Assembly (NCBI GenBank): GCA_973851085.1
Contig: OZ316776.1
Location: 7,316,001 to 7,380,000 of the forward strand
Length of the DNA stretch: 64,000 nt
Direction of reading: 5' to 3'
Origin: Ptychomitrium polyphyllum
Lineage: Eukaryota
Shown: piece after piece, positions 49,600-64,000 of the stretch
Position numbering within the stretch: position 1 is the stretch's first letter
Layout of the letters: the number at the start of each line of letters is the position of its first letter
Notes under the pieces: generated by a model
What the model saw: only the letters and a program-made list of their open reading frames with translations
What the model was told of the DNA's origin: nothing
Database searches by the model: none
Translations under genes and position numbers: made by a program

Positions 49600-52278
49600 C
49601 AATGAAATTGATTTCTAGAGACTATTGGTGGTTGTAATGTGAAAGTATGTGAAGGACTTTATCTAATTGTATTACATTTGTGAGATAGCAAAGGTACTAA
49701 AACATCAACTTCATAGTTTTCTTTCTCTACTTTTGATCCTTCATAATCCATGATTATCCTTATCAATGGATTTTAATAAAGATCTTCCAAGCTCCAACTT
49801 AAAGCATTAAAGATCTTCTAAGTTTCAACTTAAAAGACTGCACTTTAGTGGTAGTTGATTGATTTATTTAGATGGCATACTTATTTTACGTTAAAATAAA
49901 ATAAAAAGAAAAAATATTTCTCAGCTCTTTATATACAATATCTATTGCATACATGAACTATAGGACAATATTGTATTTGATTGTGCAGCACGATTCATTT
50001 CAACTTTTTGAAGGAACTACTTCAATTTATGTTTGTGATGATCAATATTTTTATTGTACAACATCTTCAAAATAATAGCCAATTGAAATAAGTAGATTGG
50101 ATCTTGAGGTAATACCTAAGTTGTAGCGTAAACTACCAACAAGACAGGTAAATGAACTTCATATCTTTAGTAGACTTCGCTTATAACAATGTAATGCATT
50201 CATGGATAAAGAAAAGTTAATTCTTTGCAAATTATTGGTTAGTATTTGCAAGTAAATCCATTATATGTTGGAAACTTTATAGCAAAAGAATTTGTAGCTC
50301 ATTTTCCTAAGGTCCATAAAAAATCTACTTTCTAACTACATAAAGCTTAAAATTGGTACAAAAACTTTGCAAATTCTTTTCAAAATCTTCCATTGCAAAT
50401 TTAAGATTGGAGATTGTACATGGCTCTTATTATAAAATATGCAATTAGAAGCCATTAATGAAGTTAGATGTTCAAAGGTTTGAGTTATTTGAAGTCATCA
50501 AATAAATGGATATAGTTAATTTCAACCTCTAATTTTTAACAACTATGCAAATTCATCTAGTATATAATGTGTCTTTCTTAGAATCCTACAATGAATTATA
50601 TATACAATGAAAAGAGCTTCAGCTCTAGTGGAAATTAATGTAAAATTGGAGTCTGAAGTTGAAGAAATCTAAAATCCATATTACAAATCTAAATCTAAAA
50701 AAAGAATTCAAAAGAGAAAGATGGGATAGCCAAATTTTATATTAAGAACTAAAAATTATAATAAGATACAAGACAAGAAGGTTTGAGTTAAATCATAATA
50801 AATATATTATCAAGACTAAAGATCCTTTCAGCCTCAATTCTTACATAAACTAAAAATATAGAATTCTTTAGAAGCTTCTCAAGAAGCTACCAATATAATG
50901 CTTCATATTAAAACTATTTTAAGTTGCTTCTTCAAAAAAAGTCTTGGCTTTATGAAACATTCGAAAATCAAGGTAGCTTCTTTGGTTACTTTTTGAAGAT
51001 GCCTATATTGTCTAGGAACCTTTGTAAACTTCCTTGGACTTTCTTGGTCTATCTAAAAGCTTTGTAATATGCTCATAATAATACATGCATTTGAAATGGG
51101 CACTTTGAGCAACTTATACGTGAACAATAATATGGTATCAATGAAAGCACATAGGAACCTGCAACCAATGTTGCCAATGCATTTAGGAAGGTACCAAATT
51201 TTTACCAAAGATATCCACAAACCTCAAATTATTGATGATGCGTCATTTAAAGTCAACAATTGCTTAGCTTTGTAAATAAAATTTATCATTATCAAAAAAA
51301 AAGAATATAAAAAAGAGGAAGCAATATCCAACCTTCATTTGTATGCAATTATATCTCCATAGCATAATTTATTTTGTTTTTAATAGTTAACAAGCATGTC
51401 AAATATTTATTTTATTATACACTTATATGAAGAGTATTTGTTTAAGTTTTTCAATAGAAGCACCTTATGAATCAATTAAGTTTCTACAACTTTTGGTACT
51501 TGAGATTTTGAAGCAAGAGATAAAAAAAACTTTTCATGGTCAAGTTTCATCATATTTGGAAGTATTCAAGAATTATCAATAATATTCTAGTCTCGATTTG
51601 AATGCTGTAAGTTTTGGTCATCTAATTATAAGCAAAAAAAATCAATCTTGGTGTCCTTAGGATCTTATGTAGAAGATGTTTTAAAGGATTTGGTGAAGAC
51701 CAAATTGTAGGTTGGATTTCTTCAATATAAAATTCTTGGTTGATGCTCATTGGCATTATTTAATAAAAAAAGTTGAACATGTAAATTAAGAACATTTAAA
51801 AGAATACATTGCTTCTTTTTTGTGTCAAATTGTTAATTTCCTAGAAATGTAAAGACATAAAAGGCAAGCAACAACAAGCACTCTTTAAAGAACTTACTAC
51901 AAAAAGAGGAAGTGATGTCATAAACATACATCCAGCAACATTGCCATTTATAGACCTTCCAACAACTTCAAATAGCTTTTAATATCTTCAAGTATCTTCT
52001 ATTTTCATTTCAAAATTTCTTGAGAAGGTTCCATAGACTTCTAAAACATTCTATAGCTTTATATGAAATTTTCTTAGAAGTATCTTAAAAACATGGACTT
52101 CACTGTATAAATTGGAGTCAAGATAAAATATACTTCATTCTTATTAACACAAATTGTAGAGCACATTTAAAGCGTTGCCTTGTTTTTAAGACTTGCAATA
52201 ATTCTTATTATCTAATGGCAACTAGGAAGGCTAATTCTTAAACTTCTTTTCTAATTCCTTGTTTTTGTACTTCTAACA
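49600..52278 (+). mobile_element. Decayed Ty3/Gypsy LTR retrotransposon 3' remnant: integrase, polypurine tract (51901-51915) and 3' LTR (51916-52278)
   Basis: Degenerate integrase reads YWW...KYVKDFI...ICEIAKVLKHQLHSFLSLLLILHNP*LSLSMDFNKDLPSSN...CTLVVVD*FI*MAY, later ...FKIGDCTWLL. AAAAAGAGGAAGTGA directly precedes TGTCATAAACATACATC, and the LTR ends ...TTCTAACA. Many stops and strong AT drift. Confidence 0.8.
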
Positions 52279-53133
52279 CATAATTACATTAAAGCCAATC
52301 AAAATTGCCTCAATTCTAAAAAAACCTTATACATTGATCCAAGGCAAAAAATGTACACTCTTTTGGACAAAATTGAACCTAAAATTGGGTCGAATTGTGA
52401 AGTTCTTTAATGAGATCTTGAAGTCAATTAATCAAAATTCCTCAACTCTAATTGGAAAATTAACTACTTCAATGCTCGACTTTGGTTTTAGAATTTTATA
52501 CATAGTATAAAAAAGAAACCTTATAATCTTGTCCCATCTATCCATTTGTTTGTCAACACATATATGAATTTACAAAAATTGATGTTTTTAGATCTAGATG
52601 GATGGATAAGTACATCTAGATATAGAAACCTACGTAAAATACCATACCATCAAAAATGTGATGGCCCCTTCCTAATTTGTAGCTCATGTAGAAGCTTGTT
52701 TCAAACTCCACAAACTTCTAACACATGGAACTTCTGAATTCTTCATGAATTCCACATGAAGTTACTAATTACAACCGAAGGGCTAAGGGGTCCACTCAAA
52801 CGCAAGCGCTGAAGGTGGCCTCACCAGGGGCCTCCAAGAGGACGCCAAACTGCACACCAAATTGCGTACGCATGGCGTGGCACTCCAATTTAGCGGGGCC
52901 CCACCGGAAACCCGCGCCCGATGCACTATGCTTGGCGAGCGAGCGAGCGAGAGAGGGAGGGTGAGAGACGATGCGGGGGTCGGCGCGTGCATTGCAGGCG
53001 AGGGGAGGGCGATGGGGAGCCAGGGGATGACGGCGATGGGGAACATGGCAGTGCGGGAACTCATGCCATGGGTGTGCTGTGAAGGAGGCGCTCGGGGTTT
53101 ATGTCGCACTCGCAATGATGCAGTAGGCAGGGC

Positions 53134-56100
53134 ATGAGCGAGGAGAGGAGAGGAGAGGAGAGGGCATCAGGGTTCGCGATGGGCGATGGGGCGGACGTGG
53201 GATTGGCGGCTCCGGCCCCTATCCGGCGTCTGGAGGAAGCGGTGGTCAACAGAATCGCAGCAGGGGAGGTCATTCAGAGGCCCGCTTCGGCGCTCAAGGA
53301 GCTTCTGGAGAATAGCTTGGACGCTGGCGCCACCAGCATCGGCATTACTGTCAAGGACGGCGGTGTCAAGCTCATTCAGATTGTTGACAACGGCCATGGC
53401 ATTCGGGTATGTTGATCAGGTTCACCGAGTGCGTGCAATTAGGAGATTGAGAGATGAGGGCATTTGTGGTTGTCTGTAGAACATCGGTGTCGGATGGGGT
53501 CGTTGTAGTCTTTGTGAGGCTTTAGTTATCAACCAAGGCTTGGAGGAGAAGGAATCGTGTTACGAGAATGAGTTAACGTCAATGAGCCCGATTGGATACA
53601 GATGATATCAGACATGCAGGGTACACTTTGTAGGTGTGTAGGCACAGAGGAGAGCTGATGTCTCAGAGGGTTGTGTTTTGGTCACAGGAAAGTGATGTAC
53701 CCAAGTCTTGGCGAGTGTTCCTTCGAGTCGATTTACTCGTAAGAACATTTGTTGGCGAGAGGAAATCTATGGTTTAAGGTGCTGAATATACAATCAAAGT
53801 GAAGATCTGTAGCGAAGGGTGTTCGCTGTTGGATATTCTGAGTTGAATTCTCTACTGCGCATATTGCTGTTACATGTGCCATGGCAATTGCATGTTGTTT
53901 CGCGGCACTCTAGTCATGCTGTGAGAATGTCGTCGAGCCCACTTCATGAGAGTAGCTCGAGGATTGGTAGTCACTTGTGTGCATACTGAGTGCTCTCTTC
54001 ATCTTTCAGTATGAAGATCTGCCGCTCCTTTGTGAACGGCACACAACGTCGAAATTGCGGGAATTTGAGGACTTGGAGACAATAAGTACTCTGGGCTTTA
54101 GGGGTGAAGCACTGGCCAGCATCACATTTGTGGCTCATCTTAGTGTCACCACTATGACTGAAGGTCAAGCACACGGATACAAGTAAGGGTTTTCTTAGGG
54201 TGTAATTATGGATGATTTGTGAGCTATTTTAGATAAAGATAGCTAACACGCGTTAGGATATGACGATGCACGGTCGATTCTCGGAATTGTTAGATTTTGA
54301 CTGCAAGAGACATGTTAAAGTAGGGTGGTCAGTCCGCTTCCCTTTTATGGTTGCCGAGTTCCTCAAGCATTTGCTGTTGAGTGCTGGTGCATGCTCTGGC
54401 TTTAAAACCTGGCTTCTGGCAGGGCAACGTATAAGAATGGGCAGATGGAGGGAGAAGCTCGTCCTTGTGCAGCTGTCAAAGGAACACAGATTACGGTTAG
54501 GGCTTCTACGCATCCTTAAGCAATCATAACCTCATCTAGCGTCCAGTATATGATGGGTGGGTTCAGTCGTTGGGGGACATGAGTTTCAACCCATGTTTCC
54601 GGGTTGTTTCCGATTGGGTGATTTGAAAATCTGTTCAGGTGGAGAATCTTTTCTACAATGTGGCTGCTCGGAGGAAGGCTTTTAAGAACCTTAGTGAAGA
54701 ATATGGTCGCATCTTGGATGTGGTGAGCCGTTATGCGATACACAAAATTGGTGTTAGCTTCTCGTGTAAGAAGGTATGAGATCTTGATTGCTAGCTATGG
54801 TTAGTTCAAGTTTTTTGGTAACTTCTTGAGTAGCTTTTTATTAAAGAATTCATTGGCACGTCATTACAATATCTTGCGCTTAATCCGGCTGTTTTATCCT
54901 TGTGCACAAACTGAGGTAGGTTCACTTTTTGATTTGAGGTTGGTATACCCTTAAATGCTCCTCTCTCCAGCATGGTGATAGTCGAGCAGACGTGCATACG
55001 GTTGGGTCATCTTCGCCAACAGATACTATTAGGGCTGTGTATGGTCCTGGAGTAGCACGTGAGCTGATTGCAATCTCAGCATCAGATGACAGTTCAGCAG
55101 GCTCTACTTTCAAGATGGATGGTCTGATTTCTAGTGCTAACTACAGTTCGAAGCGGTCAATCATGGTTTTATTCATTAATGGTATGTGCAATCCTCAAAT
55201 TGAAAACGGTATGTTGGTATTGTTTTTGTTGAATATCCAAAAGTCAGATACTGTACCTTGTTCTGTATATGATGTTTTCTCGTTTTTTCTGTGCTCTCTA
55301 CTCTATGGCAAAAGCTACTTCAGTACTAAAACGAGCATATACTGGGAATGCGGGTTCTTATGACGGATGCGTGTTTGCAGATCGACTGGTGGAGTGTGGC
55401 GCACTGAGAAAAGCTATCGAGTTGGTGTATGCAACGATTCTACCAAAGGCCTCAAAGCCTTTCATCCACATGTCTATAAATTTACCTCCCGAACATGTTG
55501 ATGTGAATGTCCATCCAACCAAGCGTGAGGTAACTGTGTAGTTCCTCTTTAAATTGTACATTAAGTGTTTGCATCGGAACTCGAGCCCTTTGTCTAGTAT
55601 TGCAGATATCCATTAAATTGCATTAGTACATGTTAGTCTTTGCAGGAATGATTGGGTGATTCATCATGTAGGGGCTGGATGAACCAGGTAGCTATCATGG
55701 AACTATGTGAATCAATTTGTTCATATAGGGAGTGTGTTAGGAATACCTATTCGTACATTGGGTTGTTTATGAGTATTGTACTCTCTTCAAAACTTGGCAG
55801 GTGAGCTTTTTGAACCAAGAAAGTTTAGTTGACACTATACAACAAGCAGTGGAGAGCAAGTTGTTGGAATCCAACAATACTCGGACATTTTCTACACAGG
55901 TATATTATGGCCTGTATCTTCTAGATCGAGACGGCTGGTTTGATGGGTCTTATGAAGCACTAAATTGATAATTCTATATCTTGTCGATGCATGAATTTGG
56001 ATGAGGCTCTTTGGAGTGAAAGTGTTCTCATTACTTGTAGGGTCAGAAAACTAAGTGCTTTCGGTGAGTAGTGTGGAAATGTCAGTTATACCTATAATTG

Positions 56101-58865
56101 TAGATTTATTTTGTGATAGCTTTTGTGGATACTTTGAGTCCTTGACCATGATACTTGAACTTGTGGCATCCGACTTGCTAATGAGCTTATTTCCTCGGTA
56201 TTGTCACTAGATATATAATTTTCAGAACAGTTGAAGAGAACATCTAATGTAGCTATATGGTGAGCTGCAGACGTTACTCCCAGGAGCATCTTTTGTGGGG
56301 TCTCCACGGCAAGAAGGCAGTCCTTCTCCATCACCACCAGGTGATAATTCTAATTGGTTGTGCAGGTTTTGTAGCTCTACCTTAAACTGCATCTGAATGT
56401 GCAGACATCACTAGCATGCCACCAATCGGAAACTGGTCGAAATTTGATCTGAAGCGAGTTTTGGTACAGAAACCGCACAACACTATAATCTGACGACGAA
56501 ATTATTTGACATTTGCAGTGATTATCTCTCAGAAAGCGCCAGTGAACAAGTTAGTGCGAGTAGACTCCATGAACCCAGCAGGCAGAATTCACGCCTTCCT
56601 GCACAAGAAAAGGAGTGCGGCTGATGAACCTTTGCAAGTTGAAAATGACCTTGCAACAACCAGGTTTTGTAAAATCATATAAATTGTTATGTGTCAGAAG
56701 TATATCCGTTAGTAACTTATTTCGAATATCGAATGTAGATGACCCTTCAAGAAGTGTTGGCTATGTTAGCCAACTCTGAGCCTTACAGCTGGCTTGTGCT
56801 TGCAGGCGGACAGTCAGGCAGCGTCGAAATCCAAAGGAAAGTGCTGATCTTACCAGTGTTCAGGAGCTGCTTGCTGCCGTTGATCGTCAGACTCATTCAG
56901 GTGCACGGTTCATTTTGATGATTCCGTCTTCACCTTGGGATATCTATCTCCTTATATGATGATTTGATTTCAACAGTACTTTCAAAAACCGACATGAGCT
57001 GAGCATCATTGTTGTTTGCAGGATTGACAGAGATCATCAAGCAGTGTATGTATGTAGGCATGGCGGATGATGTGTTAGCTTTGGCACAGTGCAAGACCCG
57101 ACTATATGTATTGAATGTCGTCAATCTCAGGTGAGAATTGTTTTGTAGTGAGTGATACGACTATGGCTTTCAAATTTGTTTCTGGAATGTCTTTGTAATT
57201 GTGTCAGTATGCAAGGTTACTTTAAAAGTGCAACAAAAATTGGTTCAAAAATTGGTTCTTGTTGCTTATTTGTTGTCTTCTGGTAACGTGAAGAGCACAC
57301 TCAAATACTGTATGAAAGCTGGATGGTGATATGTTCCAAAAAATGTGTTCTGCAAGAAGACCTGTTAGCATGTTGTTCATGATAAGTTCTTCATTGATTT
57401 AAAACCTCTTATTGGAATTGGCAGTAAGGAGCTGGTGTATCAGCAAGTCCTTCGGCGCTTTGCACATTTCAATGTCATGCGTCTGAGTACCCCTGCCCCT
57501 TTAATGGAACTTCTCATGCTAGCGCTGGATGAAGAAGAGCGTATGAGCCGGTGGAGTGAGTGCGATGGACCTAAGGACCAGATTGCTCAGGTAAAGATTG
57601 TCGTATTCTTTTGTGTATTTTTTTAATTGCTCCAATCCCTTGGCTGTTGTTTAGTATACTGAGTAGTAGAATGCCGAAATTGGATAAGAATCTGGTAGAC
57701 ATGTTGGATAAGGGCATACTAGATAGAGTGCTGACTACAGTTGTTTTGATCTGTTTCAATATGTGCTGGCTGTATATCAAAAAGTCGTTGGTAATATCAC
57801 ACTTTTGTGTGGTATGGCTGCGTGCAGTTAAACATGGAGTTGCTAATATGCAAAGCAGAAATGCTCAAAGAGTATTTTGCTATAGAAATTGATGAGTCGG
57901 GAAATCTCTGTACGCTACCTGTGGTATTGGATCAATATATTCCGGACATGGATCGGCTACCAAGTTTTGTTTTGAATCTTGGAAATAATGTAAGACCTGT
58001 TTCCAAATGACGCTCTCTTGATTTCAGGTGCCGTCAAACGACATACGACATATTTTTGTCCTTTCAAGTTACCATACACCTTTAGGATGTTATGCTTGAC
58101 ACACTTGAATTCTCCTTTGCGTATGCCTTCATACATACAATATCAGCCTCTATGATGCATTTAATCATCTATTTGCTTATCAGCATATGCGATCTCATTC
58201 TTTTCCTTTTATCTCAACTAGGTTGACTGGGATACTGAAACGGAATGTTTCGAGACTTTTGCGGCTGCCATGGCTGACTTTTACGCTATGCATCCACCTT
58301 TTTTGCCAAACCCAAATGGAGATGAGCATTCTCAGACTTATTACGTTGGTAAATCCAAGGAAGCGTCAACTAATAGTGAGGCCCTCTATCCATCAACCGT
58401 TCTACTGTTAGGCTAGCCTTAAAACACCTCATTACCGAATGCTATTCGTTATTTTGCTTGGTTCATTGAATAGTGAGTTTTCCAGTGTTTCCTCACGTAA
58501 TATGGCCACGTGATAGGGAGCTCAGGGGATCAAGCAGGAGGTTCTGATGACAACGAGGAGTTCGAGAGGGACATGAGAGCGGAGGCTGAAACCGTGTGGG
58601 CACACAGAGAGTGGACAATCCAACACGTCTTATTTCCAGCAATGAAGCTTTTCCTAAAGCCTCCAAATCACATGGCCAATGATGGCACTGCTGTTCAGGT
58701 ACGGTTATGCTTGGAGGCAGCATTGTGACTTTACACCCTATGCACGACAATACATTCACTGCTGCAGCATGCTAAAATGCCTTCATTTGTTGTCATCTTG
58801 ATCCCTTGTTTTGATTACAGGTAGCGTGCCTTGAAAATCTTTACAAAATATTCGAACGTTGCTAA
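53134..58865 (+). CDS. MLH1: DNA mismatch repair protein MLH1 (MutL homologue), 16 exons: 53134-53406, 54010-54182, 54423-54495, 54639-54773, 54971-55181, 55381-55529, 55801-55899, 56271-56340, 56519-56663, 56806-56900, 57022-57130, 57425-57590, 57828-57989, 58222-58375, 58517-58698, 58821-58865
   Basis: GHKL ATPase motifs [60 protein letters not shown]; and the diagnostic C-terminus LYKIFERC*. Confidence 0.97.
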
Positions 58866-60531
58866 GGTGTGTGTGTTTGGCGCACCGGTAAATCGTTGTC
58901 TGGTTTCTGATACTTAGTTCATGAATTTGCATGGCCGACTGATATCTGCTTATATGCATTGTAAATTCGCTTCTGAGATGACTACCTTTCAGTTTGACTT
59001 TCCCCTCGGCCCTGTTAGAAGATATATCGCAATTCCTGCATTGTGAAGTTACTACCATTCTAGGCAGAACAGAATCTTGAATTGCAATAATGGTGACCTT
59101 TTATGTGAAGGCTCTAGAAGAGGGTGTTTGAGTTGTCATGTTTTACTTCAACTGTAGGGATGATTAATAACTTGTACAGTGCAGACAAACAATTCATGTC
59201 TATGATTGATGTTTTCTCAAACATGGACAGCACTGGTTCAAATTATAAGGTCCGCTTCTGTTATTATGCGTAGAAGGACCAAAAGCCCATGCTTTCAGTA
59301 GTATTTCATGCTTCTACAATATATGACACAATCAGGTTCGAGCTTTTGCTCAGGTAATTCATCATGAGAGGTTTGTTTCAATATTCGCACACATGAACTG
59401 GTCGTTAAATGTCGATTTGGAGTTAGTCTGGATATCGCAGACCTGGAGACCACTAAACATTGAGGAAAAACATCGAAAGCGTAGCAAACCGTGAACCTTT
59501 TCAAGGAATGCTTACCTGACTGAGTCTGACAAGCTTGGCTCTATAATCGGAATGTTTACATGACTAAGTCTGACAGATCGGGCTAAGAAGTCGCTGAATC
59601 TTTTGAATTCTGAAAATATCAAAGTCTTAGAAGTTGTGCCAACTACTTTCACTGGGGTAAATCGTGATGAGCTGCTTGTGGAACTAGCCTTATAAGATCC
59701 TGAGTGTTTGCTTCCATACACTACTAAGAAACAATAACTGCCAGGCATTGTCTATTTTTCAGGAGCCTGGTACTCGAGTATACTATTTGAGTGATCTCAT
59801 CCCAAAATGAGCATCGATCTGGTTGTCCTTGCTGATTATATCCTTCTGGAGAAAGTTTTAGGTGAATTCATTTTTGCTAAAAAATGGATATAACGAGATA
59901 ACCACATTTTGGAAGCATCTGAAGTGTGCCCTGTCACTGTGCGACTAGGTAGGTTTACCATAGTTGTCAATACTCCACTTCATAGTCCGAAATCTAAGAA
60001 TCGATTCCAAGTATGTACAAAATCTACTATTATAAACTCATGTTTACAGCTACGTTTTGACGATTCGTGCCTAATAACTTAATTGTGTTACGTGTGGCAA
60101 CGGCACGCATGAAATTCAAATTTTCCCCCTGTATGTCGAATGGATGGTATTTTATTAGAAGTGACTTCTGGTTATATTTCAGGCTAACACAATTCTGGAT
60201 GGTTTGTTATCAATATTACTTAAGAGGGGGGGATTTATTCTAAAATTGATCCCTGTATTTCCAGTTGAAACAAGCAACGATCTCAGAAAGCCAATCACTG
60301 TAACAGAAGGATTGAAGTCCAGTCATATTTCAGAAAAGCCGGTTTGAGTTTTGAAAAGAATGGTCCAGAAAGTAACACAGAGGACCTCGCATCTATTGTT
60401 ACATGATCCCAAAAATGCACACTCGCACTTGGAATAATTATTGACAAAACTAAAGTAGAGAATGTAGTTGCCTACTGCAGATGATATTTCCACTCAGGAT
60501 GCATGAAACACCAGCTCTTTGATCGACTCGA

Positions 60532-61827
60532 TTATGCGTAGGTTGGCCCATATTTGTCGCCCAGAACACCGGCGTGCAGTGACATCGTGTACAGAATCTC
60601 GAAAAATCCCAAGATGATTATAATGGCTTCTAATGCTTTCTGCACGGCGAGATAGCAATCCCAACAAGCTGATCAGTCCACTAACTTGTAAGATGTCATA
60701 TGATGATGCTGTTGAAGAAATAAATTATAGCATTTGTGTACTGAAGCTGCACTAATTAGCTACTAAATGCTAAAACAGAGGAAACTTGATGAGTTCATGG
60801 TAGATTAAGTCCTTACAAGCCTCTTGGGGCGGTACCCTCCAACCTTGATTTCCTTGATGGCAACTCTGCATGTGCGCCATGGCCAAAACAATATCATTAG
60901 ATTAATCACCAATGATTACTAGTTTGAAAACCTGAAAATAACCAGCCTTTCAATCTCACACTAACTTCTTACTAAGAATGATTCCCCTAATAATAACAGA
61001 TGTTCCACAACATACTTTAGCCAGATGACTGAACGATATTCGACAAATTCTAGCATTTCAAAAAGTGGAGTATTAATCTACTAAAGTTCATCAGAGTGCA
61101 CGGTCATGTTCACGTCATGTCTTAAGAATTTATCGTCAGCAATCTAAAAGTTGTACAAAATTATCATCAACTAAAGGCAGTCCGAAGTACGCACCCCAAG
61201 GCGAGAAGGGTGAGGAGCAAGGCGATCAAAGCGGTGGCAGCCGCAGCAGCGAGGCTGTCTGTGCGCCACACTCGCAAGTGGTGGGTTCCTGCGAACTTAG
61301 CTGCGATGGTGACGCAGGTTGCTATCAGCGCTAGCGGCAGGAACACAGACGTCACAGAGTTTCCTGCACCAGTTCAGAGGTACAAACATCAGCGTTCACG
61401 CACACACACAGACAATGCAGTATGAACGCATTGATTCAATACAGATTTCACAATGGCATAAAAAATGTCATCATCCAGAACTGAATCAACTTCGTCCAGA
61501 AGTTTCATGAATGATATTTCAAAAACGTTGCACGTGAGCCTACTATAGTTCCCAGCGTCCATGCAGTCTCACGGGCTGACTGTACTTGCCATAGAGCATA
61601 GAGTAACATGCCCTGCAATCGAGCACGTAGCCTCAGGTTACAAGGAAGAGCTTCACATGAGGCTGATCTCTGCATGACGAATCCATACCGACACAGCCGT
61701 CGCCTCTATTGATGGCACAGTCGAAGTTGCGGTTAATCGCCCACCCTGCCAGGCACGCCCCGACCACGGCCAGAATGAAGTTAATCGTCAGGAGCGGAGA
61801 CGCCAAGCTCCTTCCCACAGCCGCCAT
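60532..61827 (-). CDS. AWPM-19-like (PM19) membrane protein; exons 61827-61689, 61363-61195, 60865-60817, 60639-60532
   Basis: MAAVGRSLASPLLTINFILAVVGACLAGWAIN...GNSVTSVFLPLALIA...GTHHLRVWRTDSLAAAATALIALLLTLLALGVAIKEIKVGGYRPKRLKALEA...LHAGVLGDKYGPTYA*. Four TM segments and the family motifs. Confidence 0.9.
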
Positions 61828-64000
61828 CGCAACAGACCGCGGGCAGAATACACAACCAACTTCGACGATCAAAGATCTACACCAAGCTCGCTCCGCCCGA
61901 TGTTAGACGTGGTTTGATGAGCCGTATGATTGCGCGTCTCCGGCTCTCGCTCTGATTCTCTTATACCATAGCATGAATCGCAGCACCAGCTGGTCCGGAA
62001 CTGTATAACCGTGGGGGACGGACCCCTGACAAACGCGTCGCGGAGCGCTGGCGCTAGACACGGAACGAATGACACGATCACAGCTCCTCCCCCCCGACTA
62101 TTCCCAGGTACAATTCTCTATGATTAGAGCCTCCGACGGCGTAGGATATCAGTATTCTCGCTGGCTGCATTGCGTGAGTTCCGTGATGCACTGACAACAC
62201 TCTCCACGCCCACTTGCGCTTTTCATGTTCCATTCATGGCACTCCGGAAAGCAACTGGAGAGGTGCCACAAGGAGCACTAACAGCACGAGGAGTCATTCC
62301 ACAGTTTTCAGTTATCACCGCCGCTACTCATTGAATCAAATGTTATAATGGAGCGGGAGTATGAAAGTCACCTTCGAGTCATCACTGGCAGGCTTCGCCC
62401 ACCACCACTGCAGTACGACCAGGTCATCTGCTTGGTATATGTGCTCTGTTGGCTGGAGCTCTGTGCACTTCCCATGCTTTCTTCGTCACTGTAATTTAGA
62501 ATTAACACGATTATCGCTACAAGAAGAATCTGTGAGTTTGTGAGGCTTCGGAATTAACACTATTTGAGATACTGTGGGGACATGGCGTTCACTTTGGTGG
62601 AGGCTCTCTCTCCCCGTTTTTGTTGTTAACCGTTAACCTGAAATGACAAATTGAAGACTCAAAAACACTCCACATATTCTAAGTATATAAGTGATTTACA
62701 TCCTAAAGATGGAAGCGTGTACTTTTTTCGGTCGTGGATGATGCTTGACAAAAATAATTGTAAAAAAATTCTCTAGTATTTAGCAGTTCTTGGATAAATT
62801 TGTTTTAAAAGTGTAAGAGCTCTGACCGAGGGCTAGGTTTGATATTTAATGGTTAATCCTATTGTGCAGGCAAATTGAGGATATGTTTCTATGTTGACCT
62901 GTCCTCCCTAGTGCCATGGAATACCTGTAAGACCTGATTCCCTCAAATGAATAAAACATGATAAACAAAATCATTGAAAGTTTATTAAAAAGTAAGAGGC
63001 TATCATCTTTGGATGTGATGAATAAGAGGAGACGTAAATTTCTGAGGCTTAAAATGGACAGACAAAATCTGCTCAACTTTGTGAGCTTACCACCTTCCTG
63101 ACCCAAATCCTACAAGTACTGTGGATGCCCTACATCATTTTGCAGGTTTGGGAATGAGCTTAATTGCATGGTAGTGACATGGGGCTGGCTCTGAGTTGTT
63201 CGTTTTCTCCCTATTAGATTAACGTCCTACAAACTGGGGCCCAACGGAGTGAGGCACAGATACTAGGATAATAATGACGTAATTATGGTGAGCATGTGCC
63301 GACGTAGGCTGCGTCTTACAAATTCCCAATTGGCTCTCGTTTGGCTGCATTTGGATAAGTAGTTGAGGTGGATGGGAGCTGCCATTAACATGAATTATCT
63401 TCGTCAATACTCATGCGTGCTGGAAATTGAATCACCACCTGGTCTAGGAAGGTCGCCAGAGCTTGGGAGAAGGAGCTGCGTCATGCAAGGAGAAGATAAC
63501 GCATAGTCTATATCGGATTAGAGACTGGGGACCCATTAGGCCATCACTGTTGTTATGCAGCTGGGTCACAGAGCATTCCTAGTGTAGACCACGCAGCAGC
63601 TGCCACAGGAGCTAACTTGTAAAAATCGTCCTATTTTAGAGGAACACCTTACCACTTCATGCATTTTATTCGATGTGGAGTGACACTCAAGACATATCCA
63701 GCCAGTCAATTTGGGAATGGGAATAGATACGGGTTTAGGGGTTCCATGGAATTAAGAGATTGAGTCCTAGGTTTAATTGCCAGTTTCTACTTTACACACT
63801 CTTCAAATGAAAAGCACCCCTACTTGACGTATTCAATTCAATCCAGTGACTTTGTCGTCCCTCTATATTGTCAAGTTCTGAAACCAGTGTCAATAGTGAG
63901 TACATGGTACAGACAAGTATATAATCCCTAGAAACAAACACAGAATAAATCTTTCAAATGTCTGACGCCCAAGATAACAGCAGAACCAATTTTTGGTTGC

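Noticed and set aside
5342..58865. Functional cluster of nucleic-acid genes (EVE, DCL1, MLH1)
   Set aside because: They are separated by unrelated genes and TE debris and show no shared regulatory signal. Chance neighbourhood is sufficient.
61900..62045. ABRE/CE3-like motifs upstream of the AWPM-19 gene (ACGTGG at 61907, ACGCGTC near 62033)
   Set aside because: Plausible for an ABA-induced family, but the motifs are too short and the TSS is unknown, so they are not called as features.

Overview
Eukaryotic plant nuclear DNA with GT-AG introns. The gene style, Gypsy remnants and DCL1 intron-7 hairpin point to a moss, probably Physcomitrium/Funariaceae-like (inference). Gene islands alternate with AT-rich, repeat-rich spacers. 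Genes reconstructed by hand from splice sites: the 3' part of an uncharacterised coiled-coil gene (+), an EVE/THYN1-domain gene (-), a complete 20-exon DICER-LIKE 1 (-), a small single-TM protein gene (-), a short-chain dehydrogenase/reductase (-), an ML-domain lipid-binding protein (+), a complete 16-exon MLH1 (+) and an AWPM-19-like membrane protein (-). The spacers hold two related minisatellite arrays, a solo LTR with a 5-bp TSD, a decayed Gypsy integrase with PPT and 3' LTR of the same family, and a possible NB-ARC pseudogene. The most notable signal is a 92-nt bulge-free pre-miRNA-type hairpin on the sense strand of DCL1 intron 7, the position of the miR1047 autoregulatory hairpin in P. 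patens DCL1a, with a 3x21-nt tandem repeat beside it. Also notable: a transit-peptide-like leader one base out of frame with the EVE gene's upstream ATG, and a GC-AG final intron in DCL1. I cannot support a wholly new multi-gene system here.
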